Below are positions 1 to 19,659 of a DNA stretch of 64,000 nt, piece after piece (positions within the stretch are counted from its first letter, which is position 1; each line of letters begins with the position of its first letter). Origin of the DNA: the human T2T-CHM13v2.0 reference genome, Homo sapiens. The translations under genes were made by a program, and so were the position numbers. The DNA is taken from the NCBI RefSeq assembly GCF_009914755.1, contig NC_060947.1; one strand, 5' to 3'. Below the pieces are notes generated by a model. That model had not been told where the DNA came from. It saw nothing but the letters and a program-made list of their open reading frames with translations, and did not search any database.

Positions 1-1427
1 ACTGAGTCTTCAATGGCAGGTACCTGGCTCCCAGCCTAGAGAGAAGGGGAAAGGCCAATGGCACCATGCCAATACCAAGAAAGGCTGTCCCAAAGTCAAG
101 CCTCCAGAAAAAGTCTTCCTGGAGTAACAAAACACAGGAAAAATGAATTTCCCGGTCCAGCCCGACAGTTCCTAGAACTACGCCTCTCCGGAAGTAATGC
201 TTCCGGGAGGGCTCTGCTCACACCCACCAAGGGCCAGGCAAGTCTTGTAGGCTGAAGTGAAGAAGATGGGCATCACAGGGCGAGCTGGCAGGGACCCCTT
301 CTGAAGGGAACTTCCCACAATGGACCGTCGGACTCAAGTTCTACCACCGCCTCTGGTCTAATTCCATCCAATCAGAATGATCCAGGTTTGCTATCGGCGC
401 CTTCCTGAAACTACTCAGAGCGCAGAAATCAGAGAATCAGAACTGCAAATGACTTTAAGCATGGCTAGGCTGGTGTTTCCTGAAGCGTGTATTGTGAGAT
501 CCAGTCGTATGAACAAAGGCATTCCTTGGTCAGGAAACTTTGGGAAACACTTCGTGGTAGAGCACCTTGATGTCCCCAATTCTTTACCCCTCCCGGAATC
601 CACGCCCTTTGCCACAGAACTTTGCAATGCACTCCTGTCGTGGGCGGGGTGACCTGCTCCACCCCTTGACACTGCCTTGTGATTTGACCAACAGGATGCA
701 AACAAGCATGAGGGAAGCAGAGGCTTGCAGTGAGCTGGGACTCTAGGACTGGTTCTCTTGAGCGTCTGCCATCACCAGGACTGCACGCCAAGGTGGCCTG
801 CTGGAGGCTGATAGACAGGTGGAACAGAGCAGACCTGCCCTAGTCATCCCAACCAGAACCAACTGAGATGGACCTCCGGCCACATGAGCATACCTCGCCA
901 AGAGCTGTAGAGCTGCCCACACAAACCCCAGGTGACTCCAGACACAGGAGCACTAATTATGCATTGTTGAAGGTCCTGCCATTTGTGGTTGTTTTGCAGC
1001 ATTGTTGAAGCAAAAGACAACTGAGACAACACTGCATACCATTATCTTCCTTGAGGAGAGTCACAATCCACATGAGCATATTAAAGGTCCTGAGAAGACC
1101 TGTAGTAGAGAAACCTGTTCAACTCTGCTCAACCCAGCATTTCCCAAACCGATTTGCTCTCGGAACCCTCTTTTCCCTAGTAATGCCTTAAAGAAGTAGT
1201 TAGTGTTCAGATGAATGCGCAGCAGGGAACACTAATGAAGACCCACCCTTCATTTTATAAGTGAGGATACAAGACCCAGAAAGGGAGCTGTGGTGGCTTC
1301 TGGGCCACAATTTCTTTTCCTTGGTGATGTTGCCATTTGCTCTAAGCAACATGGCTATCTCCGTTTACTGTATTGAGTTTTGAACCACACAACTTTGCAT
1401 TTGACTATTTGCCATATGGTATCTTCT

Positions 1428-1800
1428 AATTCAACAAGAACTTTTTATTGAGTACCTACTGTGCTATGCAAGGAACTGTGCTGGGCACCAGGGACACCAG
1501 GAGAAAACATCATACTTACCCTCCAGCAGCTCACAGTCTAGTGGCAGAGGAAGGCAAAGAAAAAGATGGTGACAATCTAACATGAGAAGCGCTGTGATGG
1601 GAAGCTTTGGATGGTGTGGGGCACAAAGGATGGGGAGGTTACGCATATCAGAGAAAGCTTCATGGAGGAGGCAACATCTGAACTGCGTCGTGAAGAATGA
1701 GTAGGAGTCACCTACATGAGAAGGATGGGATAGGAGGAGACAGGGTAAGGTGGAGCCATGGGGGAAGATGCTGGAGGCATTGGGAGTAAAAGCTTAAGTG
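1428..1800 (-). mobile_element. L2 LINE 3' fragment
   Basis: ttcaacaag..tttattgagtacctactgtgc..ctgtgctgggc resembles the reverse L2 3' end, followed by typical degenerate L2 body sequence. Confidence 0.7.
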
Positions 1801-1807
1801 AGCAGAG

Positions 1808-2195
1808 CTGTTAGGGATCAGGGGTCAGTTGCAGAGAATAAAATCCACTCCAGCTAGTTGAAATAGACAGGGATTCCTTGTGGGGTATTAAGGGGATAAC
1901 AGGATTATTTGGAGAGCTAAAGAGGCCCACATGATGCTGAAAGTCCCCCACAGCCACACCCACAGAACTGAGCTGCCAGCACCAGGGAGCCCTGACACAA
2001 TTGGAAGCCACCCCCGCCAGCTTGAGAACCATGTGGGCTCCGTGATGACCCATAGTAGCAAAGTGTGATCCTCTCTCTCTCTTTAACTGGGGTCCAAACT
2101 CCAGTTTCACACAAAACATCTGATCAGCTGAACCTCCTTATACCTGGAACCCTAGCTGCAAGGGAGTCTGGGAAATGTGTGATTCAGCCATCTAC
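1808..2195 (-). mobile_element. Old MLT1-type (MaLR) LTR fragment
   Basis: cagttgcagagaataaaatccactccagctag and ccctagctgcaagggagtctgggaaatgtg resemble old MLT1 LTRs. Confidence 0.5.
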
Positions 2196-3221
2196 AAGAG
2201 GTTGAAATGGATGCCTAACATCAAGCTGTTGTATCTTTCTCAAAAGCACATTCTAAGGAATTTAGGGCTTATCTTCATAGAAATATTCTCACTCCTTAGG
2301 GTTTCTTTTTCCTGTCTCCCTCATGATGCCTCTCCCAACTTCTGGGCATGCCATAGGCACTCATTAAAGGCCTCCAGAAAGCCTGAGCTTATTAACTGGC
2401 CTCCTCACTACTTGATCTCTGGGGTGGGCAATTATCAGGAGGAATAAAGACAAACTTTTTTTTTTTTGGTCTTGCATGGAATAAATTGCTGCTTTCTTGA
2501 ACACACAGAAGGCTGTATTATTACAAAGCTGTTCTATACTATTACTGAGAACAATTATTCAGAAGCCAGAAGCCCAGAGCTGACTAGGGTGTAGGGTATA
2601 TCCTCGGAGGAGAAATTCCAAAAACCATTACTCATTAACTGTTGAGCTTGTGAAAATAACCTTTTCCTTCCCCGTTCGTGGCTCTCCACCCCAAGGAAGG
2701 ACTCACCCCTCCATGGTCATGCTGCATGGGAGAGTTCAGGCTGGAAGGCGGTAATCTCTATTCAGAGCCCAAACCTGACAGGCAGTTCCCGGATGCGCTC
2801 CACAGAGGAGGACTCTGGGACTAAAGCTTTGGCTTGGGAATACTGAACAGTTGTTTTTCCAGAGAACTCCCATGAGCATTCCTAATGAGTGAATCCCCAT
2901 CTGCCCAGGCCTTCCTGGCAGTGATGGGTCAGATGGAATGACGCCTTCATCACTGTCCAACCAAACCACCCTCACTCTGCCCTGGTATCAAGAAGGCAGC
3001 ACCCCTGGAATCAGACATCTGTCCAAACCCCACAGGAGGCAGGGAAAGCCTAATTAATTAATGTCTGTGGGTTACCTATACGGCCTCAAATGAGAGGTGT
3101 GAGGTGACCACAAGCCCAATTAATTACCACTATTGATGGAAGCTTCTAGCCCCACCTCCTCTTTCATTTCACCCAGCTTGCGCTGTCATAGGGCAAAGTC
3201 GGGCAGGAGCTGAGGAGGCTA

Positions 3222-3869
<648 letters not shown>

Positions 3870-5449
3870 TTATCTTCTATATTTCTTTCCCACGCTCCAA
3901 CATCACCCCCTGGGGAAAGGGGAGGAAAAGGAAAAAATGTCCATACAGGAGAACACAGTTTTATTAAAGCAAAGTGAATGCACAACCATCCATAAATGGA
4001 GTGTGGAAAACAAGGCTATGTCACATGTGATTCCTTGTTCATTTTATTGCGTAAAAGATCTTTTGTTGTTTAATTTTTCAGCTCCAAGCACAGGCTTCCG
4101 CCAGCACAACTCCCTGGATGGAAGTTCAAGTTTGCCTTGGCCTTCCTTTGTCCACAGGCCACAAGAGCTAAGCAGGCCTGGCGGCTAGCAGGGCTGACAC
4201 CGGAGCACGCAGGGAGGCTGGGGGTGCAAGGTGAGGGTCAGCAAGGTCAGAGAGTGTGAGGCCAGGGCTTGCACTGCCAGGGGCTATGTGGCCCGGGCTT
4301 GCATAGCCAGATTCTGTCTGGCCAAGGTCTGCATGGACAGTCTGTGTGTCACGGCCATTGCCACCCGCCTTAACCAGTCTGAGGCCTCCTGACCCAGAAG
4401 AGAGAGATGCTTTGCAGGCTCTACAAAGCTTTGTAGCTAGAACTACAAAGCTATAACGCAGTGGGAATGGGGGCCACACTGGGGAAGTGTTGGGCTGTAT
4501 CTAAGCACTCCTGGGGAGTGACGACCCCCTGGAGGACTCCCAGCCCCCTTCTCTTTAGGCAAGAAGCCTTGCCTTGGACCTCTGAGGCTGAGGTGGTTTC
4601 CTTCCCAGCCCCATGGTCCATTCCACCTTCAGCATCCACCTCCTGCTTTTCCCTCCACCTACCCCCGCCCCCCAGCAGCTGCTTTCCTGTCGACAGGGAG
4701 GACAATGAGCTAGGAGCTGTGTGCGCAGTGGCCTGGGCAGGCAATCCTGCCTCTCTGGGTGACAACAGAGGGTTGTTTTCCTTACCTTCCCTGACCTCAA
4801 AGCAAAGGGGGCTCCTGCCACATTGCTCAGGCAGGGGAAGGGCTGGGGGCCTGCTGGGCTTGCAGGCTGGGGAGAGACATGCTCTGAAACACCGCGAAAG
4901 GAACTGTCAGCCTTCATTATTAATACCCAGTGTTAATATTTAATGTCAGAAAACTGCAGCTCCCTTCCCTGAACCGTCATCAGACCTGCCCGGTCACACC
5001 AACCAGAATTCTCCCAACTCAGCACCCCCTGTAGCCCCGTGCCAAGACCAGCAAAGCAGTTTAGGCTTACTTGAAAGTGTAGGAGCAAAATGAATTCTAA
5101 ACAAAGAAAATTCATATGAAATAAGACTAGGAAGTTATTTTCTTACTTTTGAAATCAACTCTATTCTTTAAACATCTCTAATACTCTGTGTTCACGTACC
5201 AGAAAATTTAGAAATGGAGTAAGGCGTAAGTGCAACCCTTAATACAGGAAGGTTTTCATTCCTCTGAGTATTTTGTCTGTTGTTGATATTCCAGTCATAT
5301 TTCTTAATCAGCAGCAGCAGTACAGTATAGATGCAACTAACAAAATCCAAAGGATCAGGAACTGACAGACATCCCAAGATGAATTCGAGATATTCAAAGA
5401 ACAGGAATATCTACCATTTAAGCAATCAACTAATTCTTACCTATTAACT

Positions 5450-5645
5450 AACTTGTTTCTCAACCTGGGGCACCATTAGCATTTGGGGAGGAATGTTCTT
5501 CATGGCACAGGACTGCCCCACACACAGTCTGTGATGACTAATCCCAAAATGGCCCTCTGACATTGTGATACCAAAAACACAAGGACCCATTCATTTCCAA
5601 ATGCCCCTGAGTGGTGCCAGTGCAGCCTGAGAGTGGGAACCCCAG
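5450..5645. mobile_element. MER20-like hAT-Charlie DNA transposon relic
   Basis: ttctcaacctggggcaccattagcatttgg...ttgtgataccaaaaa...ccaaatgcccctg resembles MER20. Confidence 0.55.
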
Positions 5646-6097
5646 ATCCAGGTGCACTAGGCTGCTGGGGTGAATTTTTTGGCAGGCACAGAGGTAGAAA
5701 GGCAAACTGAGAAATGATCAAAGCACAAGGGAAGACCAGAAGGTCTGGACCATCCTCGCGCTGAGGCCCTGGGAAAGGCAGCAGGGTCTGGGGCTTGGCT
5801 CCACAAGGTGAACTGAAGTGGTACCCCACCCCCACTCCAGGGCAGTGGCCTCCTCCCCTGTCTGCTGAGAGCAGGCTGCCACCTTCATTTGTGGTGGGGA
5901 GTGGCCATGGCTTGCAAAGCTTTCATCTTTATGACTTCAAAGAACAGCCTCAAAAAAATGCCCAAGGCATAATTTTCCAGGATCCAGGAAACTGAATGAC
6001 TCACCTGTGCTGGCACCAGCCTAGGGGCCTGGCTTGCCTCTCCAGACTCGAACCGCACCTACCAGGCCTCACCTGGCCACCAGCTCGTGGCAGGCAC

Positions 6098-6696
<599 letters not shown>

Positions 6697-6751
6697 TAGA
6701 GAGCTATAAATAGATGGTAATTTAATTTCAAGGGAATCTTCTCCCTGTAAA

Positions 6752-6855
6752 ATTTTTTATAGTATTTTATTGAGAAATAATTTACACACAGTAAAATGCA
6801 GAAATCTCAAATGTGCAACTTGATAATTTTTACATATGTATACACTCACTTGCCT
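6752..6855 (-). mobile_element. L1M 3'-end fragment
   Basis: ttttattgagaaataatttacacacagtaaaatgca is the reverse of an old L1 3' terminus. Confidence 0.6.
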
Positions 6856-6899
6856 TATAAAGTTTTAAAGGACCTAAAAAGAAATGTTAATTAAAATAC

Positions 6900-8222
<1,323 letters not shown>

Positions 8223-9457
8223 AATAAGGCTATTTTTTAAAAAGAGATATGTGTTCTACTGTATAAAAAGTACACCTCCATTTTTGAGGTGCTGGAATCC
8301 TTCACCAACCTCCTCAAAAAAAACAAAATCCAAACACATACAACAAATACAGTTTCCAAAATTCCTCTTATCATCCCATCTTTGGGATAAAAATCCTACT
8401 TTAAGCCCAAGGCAGTGATATAACTGTGGCCACCACACTGCAGCAGTGACAGGAAGGCAAGTCTACACAGCTGAGCCCAGACCTGCCTTCCTGTGATGTG
8501 GCCCCGGCTCTCACTTACATCACAGGCTAAGAACACGTTAAAACCAAGCAATTATTCCCAGAGTTAAGCACAAATAATGCATACGTTTCCACCTTTTCTT
8601 CTCTCTGCCTCTTCCTGTTCCTCTCCTTTTGGGTGACTATTCATGGCAGGAACTCCAAACCAGCAACCGAAATACTGCACTGTGACAACTTCATCTCTTA
8701 ATTACAGTAAACATTTACATAATGCTTAGGCCCAGCCAGTGAAGAAAGATTCGTTAATGCAGAAACATGCCCTTTAACCATCTCGTTTTATTACACAAAC
8801 CCCCCGGGACCTGAGCAGCCCAAGATTTGCAAAAGATGATGGAGAAATTGGCTGAGATATTAAGCCCCTTTCCAGGTGCAATTAAAAGTGGGACCAAGAC
8901 ACTCCTGTTCTCACAGATATATAGTAATTTTTTTTTTCATTCTGAATTCGCATTGTAAGGATTCCAAGTGCCTGGTTGCCCATCAGATTTCTGACATTCA
9001 CTGGAGATGGGGCTGTGTTTTTATTCTCATCTCTACCTCTCCATTTCTGAATTGACAACCCTGCAAGTTTTGCTGTGTAGTCTAATATTTCCACAGCTGC
9101 CCAAGCATGGGGCCTATGAAATAAGCCTGAGTGGCAAAGATTCCCATGAACAATCTGAACATTCTCCTTGCTTGAAGCCTTCAATTCCTTAACACAGACT
9201 CTCTCTGAAGGGACCAACTGTATTCAGAATCCCTGGAGCAACACCCAGCTAGCCTGAGGAGGGACAGCCCAGGCCGGGCTTAGAGCAGGTGAGGAGGTGC
9301 TGGCATGCCACAGTGGGCTCCCCACTTTCAGGAGGATCTAGACCAGTGTACAAGGAAGGTCACTGGAGGAGGAAGCAGAGCAACAGTGGACTCTGAGAAA
9401 AGTCAAACCTTAGCTGTCTCCTAGGCTCCCCAACTTCCTCCCCATCCCCAGCCTCTC

Positions 9458-9610
9458 CCTGGCTGTGTGGCCTTTCAAAAGTGACCCCTCCCCGCGTCTC
9501 TGTGCCTCAGTTGCCTCATCTGTAAAGGAGCAATAATGGTACCCACTTTGCCAGGATGTTGTGCGGCTCTAGTGAGATGGTTCTATATACAGCCTGCAGC
9601 CAGGGCTAGC
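9458..9610 (+). mobile_element. MIR SINE
   Basis: MIR core ctgtgtgg..tctctgtgcctcagttgcctcatctgtaaa. Confidence 0.75.
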
Positions 9611-10048
9611 GGGTCAGCACCACGCCGGGCTCGCTGGCTGCTCAGAGGTGCCATTAGTATTTTCTGACTATCACCGGTATTATTGCCGTACATCTTAAAC
9701 CTTAGGCAGCAAAAAGGATCCCGCATGTCACCTTCCTAGCAATGAACTGATAGTCAAGTGCTCTTGCATCCCCCTTGAGAAACCCTTGAGGCTTAAAAGA
9801 TGGGGCCTACAGCAAATCAGCTTGAGAAGGCCATCTCCAGGGTCCCCACCCAGGTTGGCAAGAAAGACTCCTGGGCTGAGGCTGTGGTGGAAGAGGTGGC
9901 TCTGAGCAGCGGGCAGCTAGGGGTGGGTATGGCCGTCCAGTGGGAGAGTGGCTAAATGGAAGAGGGATGGAAAGGGAGGAGAAAAGGCTGAAGACAAGGC
10001 CACCCAGGAACCTAGAGAGAAGTTCAGGATCCGTGAACTTGCCGTGAG

Positions 10049-10320
<272 letters not shown>

Positions 10321-10489
10321 TTAAAGAAAATAAGACCACAAAAGAGCAAGAGTGGCTGAGCAGCAACACCCAAGGACAATCCTGGGGAGAGGCATGAGCC
10401 CTGGAGTGGGCTTTGACTCAGGCACAGACACGTGCAATAGGAGATGCCCTCCCCTATGATAACTTTCAGTTCGGTAATTTATTGCATAG

Positions 10490-11035
<546 letters not shown>

Positions 11036-11305
11036 AACAAATAACAAGGTAGAGGCCCAGCCAGCCTCAGCTGGGACTGGAAGGATTGGATAGGATGGGT
11101 TGGGGAGGAGAGAGAAGCAAAGGGCTCTGCAGGTGGGAGGAAGAATGTGAACAAAGACTTAAGGCAGAAATGAGGGCTACTGCCAGGAAGAAAAGGGCTA
11201 GGGTGGAAAAGAATTTGTGTCATTGGCTGGGGGATGGGAAAAGAGGATGTCATAGATATTTTTGACTACAAGTTACAGAAAACCTCCACTCAAACTGGCT
11301 TAAAC

Positions 11306-11537
11306 CAGTGGCTTTAGAACTCTTTTGCCATGACCCACAGTAAGGAATACAGTTTCCACTTTGGCTCTGAACGCACTAGACAAAAGTTTCACAAAGCACT
11401 ACTACATGTGACACACTCTGATATTTTCCATTCTGTTCTTCCCTATTCTAGCTCAATTTTTCCATTGGTGATTGTGAGCCATTTAATTGATTTCACAGCC
11501 CACTAATCAGTTCTGATCCACAATTGGAAAAGTATTG
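11306..11537. mobile_element. hAT-Charlie-type MITE nested in LTR
   Basis: Ends cagtg...attg with an 8-bp TSD gcttaaac/gcttaaat; an 8-bp TSD is the hAT hallmark. Confidence 0.65.
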
Positions 11538-11783
11538 GCTTAAATACTAAGGAAATTGATGTCAGTAACATGGAGTGCAGAGGTGGGCTGGCTCCAGGTA
11601 GAGGGCATTGAGCAGCTCAATGATGTCAACGAGGACCTGGTTGTCCCCATTTGCCCACTCAGCTGGCTTCCTGTCAGCCTCACGCTAAGACTGGTTTCTC
11701 TTAGTATGGTTGTGAGGTGCTCACAGCCATCCCAGAGGACACATCTAGGCAGACACAAGTCCAGAGGAAGAAAAGGGTAGGCT

Positions 11784-12268
<485 letters not shown>

Positions 12269-12752
12269 TCAGTCACCATGCCCTCCACAAGCCCACAAGG
12301 GCATGCTCTCATTATAGATGACCTCCAAGAAATGCAACTCATGGGGTTTTCAGCAGATGTGACTGACAAGGTTAAATGTGGCAACAGACAGGGATCCACA
12401 ATGGCTGCTCTGAGATAATGCTGGACTGTGGGTGCGGAAGGCATGCTGGGTATCCACCAACATTGAGCAGGGCTGTGAACCACGAATGGGCAGAGATCAA
12501 CTTCCCCCAGGGCCACCCTGACCGATACATGGAGGCTGGCTCTTGTAGGGCAGCCTGGGACAGTGTGCATGTTGGCACACAGTCCCAGTCCTACCTGCAG
12601 AGAACATCCAGTTGAGGCAAGAGAGCCAAGTGTCAGTTTGTGGGCAATTGAGAGCAGAGAGCTGTCCAGAGGGATCAGGCCTGGAAAAGTAGGGTGGGAA
12701 GAACTAGGTTAAGTTTGAAGGGGGGCTCAATCTCAAGAAGGAACATGGAAGA

Positions 12753-13088
12753 TGTCTTAGCTTTCTGTTGCTATAACAGAATACCTGACACTGAGTAATT
12801 TATAATGAACAGAAATTTACTTCTCACAGTTCTGGAGGCTGGAAAGTCCAAAATCAAGGCACCGGCATCTGACGAGGGCTTTCTTTCTGTGTCTTCACAG
12901 AGTGGAAGAGCAGAAAAGAGAGGAACCTACTCCTGCAAGCCCTTTTTATAACAACATAATCCATTCGTGAGAATGGAGCCCTCATGACTTACACACGTCT
13001 CATTAGGACCCACATCCCAACACTATTGCATTGGCCATTACGTTTCAACATGACTTTTGGAGGGGACAAAAATATTCAAACCATAGCA
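12753..13088 (-). mobile_element. MLT1A/MST-type solo LTR
   Basis: TG..CA ends (tgtcttag...ttcaaaccatagca); 5-bp TSD gaaga/gaata. Confidence 0.85.
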
Positions 13089-13540
13089 GAATAAGTTTTT
13101 TGGAGTGTTCCCCCAGAGGAATACGTTAAGACAAGGATTCCAGTGCAAATAGTGCATACATGTTTCAGTTATCTATTGCTGGGCAATGAACCACCCCAAC
13201 ACTTGGTGGCTTAAAACAAACAACCATTATTTGCTCACAATTTTACAACTTGAGCATCAGCTAGGGCAGCTCAAGTGGGGCTGGAAGAATTGTTTTCTAA
13301 AGAGCTAGCAAGTTGGTGCAGGCTGTTGCCTGGCAGCTTGACAGCGGCTATGCAGGCCTCTCCATGCGGTTGCCTGGACTCCCCCAACAGCACAGTGACT
13401 GGGTTCCAAGGCAGATGAAGTGGAAGCCACCATGCCTCTAAAGGTCTAGGCCTAGAACCAGCACAGCATCATGTTGCCACGTGCTATTGCTCAAAACCAT
13501 CCCAGGCCCAGCCCAGATTCAAAGGAATGGAGAAAGACAC

Positions 13541-14362
<822 letters not shown>

Positions 14363-15514
14363 ACACCCTATCTCTTAGTAGGGGGGATGACAAAGAATTT
14401 GCAACCATCGCTATTCCACCCCAATCAGAATGATCCCAGGAAAGGAAGCAAGGAAGCCAGCAGAGAAGGGAAGGAAGCCAAGAAAGCTTATGTAATCAAG
14501 GCAGCTGTTACTGTGGGCAACTGGGGCTCAATCCTACCAGGGATCTCTGGGAGACGGCGTAGAACACGCCTCAAAGTTTCCCCAACAGAAGGATGAGGCA
14601 GCTGGAGTATTTATCTGCTGATCCCCCCGTCACGGCTGCATTTCTGGCCTGCCCTGCGTGCTGAAAGAGTGCACAGCCAGCAAAACTCCCTCAGGCCGAG
14701 GCATGGGTGTTTGAGGCTACAGGCAGGCGGGTGGGGCACCAAAAGTGTCTGCTACAAAGAGCAGGTCAAGACAAGCCACCAGGAGGAGCAGAGATGTCCC
14801 CTGGCAAAATTCCAATCCCACAGGTTGAACCACTAGCGAGGGTTGCAGGGTACATGGGGCTACAGAAATGAACCCTAGGGGCCACCCCACAACCATGTAG
14901 CTAGGGAACCAAGGCAACCAAGCTCCAGGATGAGGCTTAAGGGAGCAGCTTCCCAGCCTGGGAAGACAGAGCGGGGCAGTGGGGAGCTGGGTCTGCCACA
15001 ACCACATCCCCTACTGTGGGGGCTAAAGTCCAAGACTGGAGCATGGCTGGGCCTCGGCGTTCACCCTAGCAGCTTTTCCTGCCCAAAACAGTTATTCTGA
15101 CCCAAGTCTCAGGAAAAAAGAGGAGGCGGGAGGCCACAGAGAAGCAGGCTGAATGTTTTTCGCTCTCTGTTTGTCACCTCCCCTTGCTCACCCCACAAAC
15201 CCTCGCAGGCTCTCATGGCCTGCAAAGCCGCCTGCAGAAATCACAGCCATGAGTTTCTCATGAATGATTTTAAGTGATTCTTGCTCTGTCCATGGAGGGA
15301 AATCACTTATTGAAAATCCAGCAAAAGCCTGGCCAACTGAGGGCTGCTCTGACAGCATGGCCACTGGCGTTCAAACCACAAGGGGTCCTGGGAGAGAAAG
15401 GGGATCCTTGGGCCAAGGCAGGCATGAGCCCGAGGCCATACCCTCAGAAAATCAGGCCACTGTGCCCCCACTCTGTGCCTCGCACGCATGGTCTCATTTA
15501 ATCCTTCCAACCCG

Positions 15515-16215
15515 TCATTCGCTGGCTCAGTCATTCGTTATGCAACGAATAATCACCCAGCACTTGCTGTATGTCACTCGCTGTTGTGGGCCCTGGGAAA
15601 CTGTGGTGAACAAAACAGATTTAAAAAAAAAAAAATCCCTGCAGTCAAGAGCTTACATTTTTGTGGGAAAGAAAGGTAGCAAACAAATAAGCCAAACATG
15701 TAGTTTTATGGTAGTGAGTGGGAAGGAGAAAAGGAGACAGGGAATATAGGAGCTGGGGTTTGGGGAAAGGATGCAGTTTTCAAAAGCATGACCAGGGACT
15801 TACTTGCTGAGAAGTTGACACTTCAACAAAGACCTTGAGCAGTGCAGGAAGGAGCCCTGCAGACAATACAGAAAGAGCAGGCCAGGGAACCGCATAACAG
15901 CAGAGGGAATAGCCAGTGCAAAGGCCCTGAGGGAGGAGTGAGCTCAGTGTATTCCAGGAACGGCAAAGCAGCCCATGTGGCTGAAAGGGAGGAAGGGAGG
16001 GGAGGTGAGTGGCCTTGAGCTCAGAGAAGGGAGGGGGCAGGAACCAGACCAGCCAGGGCCTTCCTAACACCCTTGACTTTCACTCATATAACACAGGAAG
16101 GCTCTGGAGAATTGTGTGCCAAAAGGGACAGGATCTGACTCGGGTTTCAGGGGATACCTCTGGCTGTTGTTTCCAGAACAGACTGTAAGGGGTGAGGACA
16201 AAAGGGAGGACCTCA
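15515..16215 (-). mobile_element. L2 LINE fragment
   Basis: gtggtgaacaaaacaga..gagcttacatt..cagagggaatagccagtgcaaaggccctgag is typical reverse L2a. Confidence 0.8.
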
Positions 16216-16481
16216 GTGACCAGTCATTCTCCATATCCAGATTCTCAGAACCACGAATGTAGTCATAAATATGATTTTAGCAAGAAGTGTTTTTAACTTC
16301 ACTACTAGCATTCTACAAAACCTACCTTCATTATTCTCATTTCAAAGATAAAGTAACAGGCCAGTTGGTGGGTACTTTGACCAGGAAAGCTCTAGTATGA
16401 ATTTCCCATGAGGCCAAGGAATATGAAAACCCAAATTTCTGACTTTTTTTTTCTTGTTGCTTCCTCCTTCCTTCAGGTAAA

Positions 16482-16497
16482 ACACACACACACACAT

Positions 16498-16539
<42 letters not shown>
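16482..16539. repeat. (CA)n microsatellite, interrupted
   Basis: Read directly from the sequence. Confidence 0.97.
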
Positions 16540-16542
<3 letters not shown>

Positions 16543-16724
16543 TTTCATCCCCTGGTCTTTGAGTTCATGCCCAATTCCTTCTGGTCTTTTCCTTGGGAGG
16601 CAAAGTGGCATGAACCCAAGCTGAGGAATCAGACGGGCTGGGCTGAACCCCAGCTCTGCCACCCACCCATGGGCAGGGCAGTTTACAGAAACACAAATCT
16701 GGGCTTTACCTCCTCCTGTTGTAG

Positions 16725-17384
<660 letters not shown>

Positions 17385-17685
17385 TAATAATTATAGTTAT
17401 GTATTTTGATGTGCTAGGAGGAACAAATGGCACAGCTAACCCATAACTTCACGAATATTACTGCTCAGGAAGAGGCTAAAGTATTTAGGGTTCTTCCTTT
17501 TTAAGAGAAAAAGACGATTATAAAAAGTATTATGTTAATAATAACATATGTGATACAGATACAGCAAATATCATGGAGGAGGTAAAGAAGAACCCATGGT
17601 AGGTTGTCTCAGGAGAAAGGGAGGAGATGAAGGGGAGGGCTTTCCACCTAGTTTTCTGAAAGGATTTTTAAAAATCTCCTTTTTA

Positions 17686-17985
<300 letters not shown>

Positions 17986-17988
17986 TCA

Positions 17989-18599
<611 letters not shown>

Positions 18600-18727
18600 T
18601 TAATATAATGGAAGAACAAGCACACTGTTCTAGAACATTAGCAAATATAGACCATCAAAAATGTTAAAATAAAAATATCACACTGTCACCTCCCAGGTAT
18701 CCCCACCATCAACACTTTAGTGTACAG

Positions 18728-19474
18728 CTATCTTTCTTGTCTACTGCTGTATAACAAATTACTACAAACTTAGTGCTTAAAACACCACCTATTTATTACC
18801 AGTCCTGTAGGTCAGAAGTCTGGGTGGTTTTCTGCAATGGGTCTCAGAAGGCCAAAGTCAAGGTGTCAGCCAAGCTGGGCTTTCATCTGGAGAGGCCTGG
18901 GGAAACCCCACTGCCAAGCTCATTCAGGCTATTGCCAGAATTCAGCTCCTCATGGCTGCAGGATGGGAGTCCTCATTTCCCTGCTGGCTGCTGACCAAGT
19001 ACTGCTCTCTGCTTTTAGAGGCCACTTTCAGGTTCTTGCACATCTTCAAGCCAGAACCAGCACTTCTAATCCTAATGCTCCAAATCTCTCTGACTTCTCC
19101 TTCTGTCTTTCTGGTTTTTTGTTTGTTTGTTTGTTTTGTTTTGTTTTTGTTTTTGTTTTTTAAGACGGGGTCTCACTATGTTGCCCAGGCTGGTCTCAAC
19201 TCCCAGGCTCAAGTGATCCTCTCACCTTGGCCCCCACAAAAGCTCCAGGATTCCAAGCCTGAGCCACTGTTCCCAACCAATCTTCCTGTTCTGCTACCAG
19301 CCAGAGAATATTCTCTGCTTTTAAAGGGCCCCTGTGATTAGATCAGGCCCATCTGTATAATCATGCCACTGAACATAACGCAGTCACAGAAGTGAAATCT
19401 CATCACATTCACAGGTTCTGGGGATTAGGGTGTGGAATCTTTAGGGGCCATTTTTTGGAATTCCGCCTTCTACA
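18728..19474 (-). mobile_element. MLT1E-like LTR interrupted by an Alu monomer
   Basis: ataacaaattactacaaacttagtg..ccaagctcattcagg..gaattccgccttctaca. Confidence 0.8.
19114..19279 (-). mobile_element. Alu left monomer (FLAM-like)
   Basis: (TTTG)n tail followed by gtctcactatgttgcccaggctggtctc. Confidence 0.8.
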
Positions 19475-19659
19475 ATATCTTTCCAGATCTTTCTCTGTGC
19501 AAATATATTTATAAGTACATATATGTATTACAGATACAATAAGTAACGTGTTTTTTTCCAGTCAGTGATCTCCACTGGCACCCTCTCACCTCTAAGAGGA
19601 ATGTGTGAATTGAACCATACAAGCTGTGGGCTCAGGAGCCATGGCAAAGATCCCCATCA

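Noticed and set aside
377-652. 91-aa ORF as a processed pseudogene
   Set aside because: No recognisable family, poly-A or TSD
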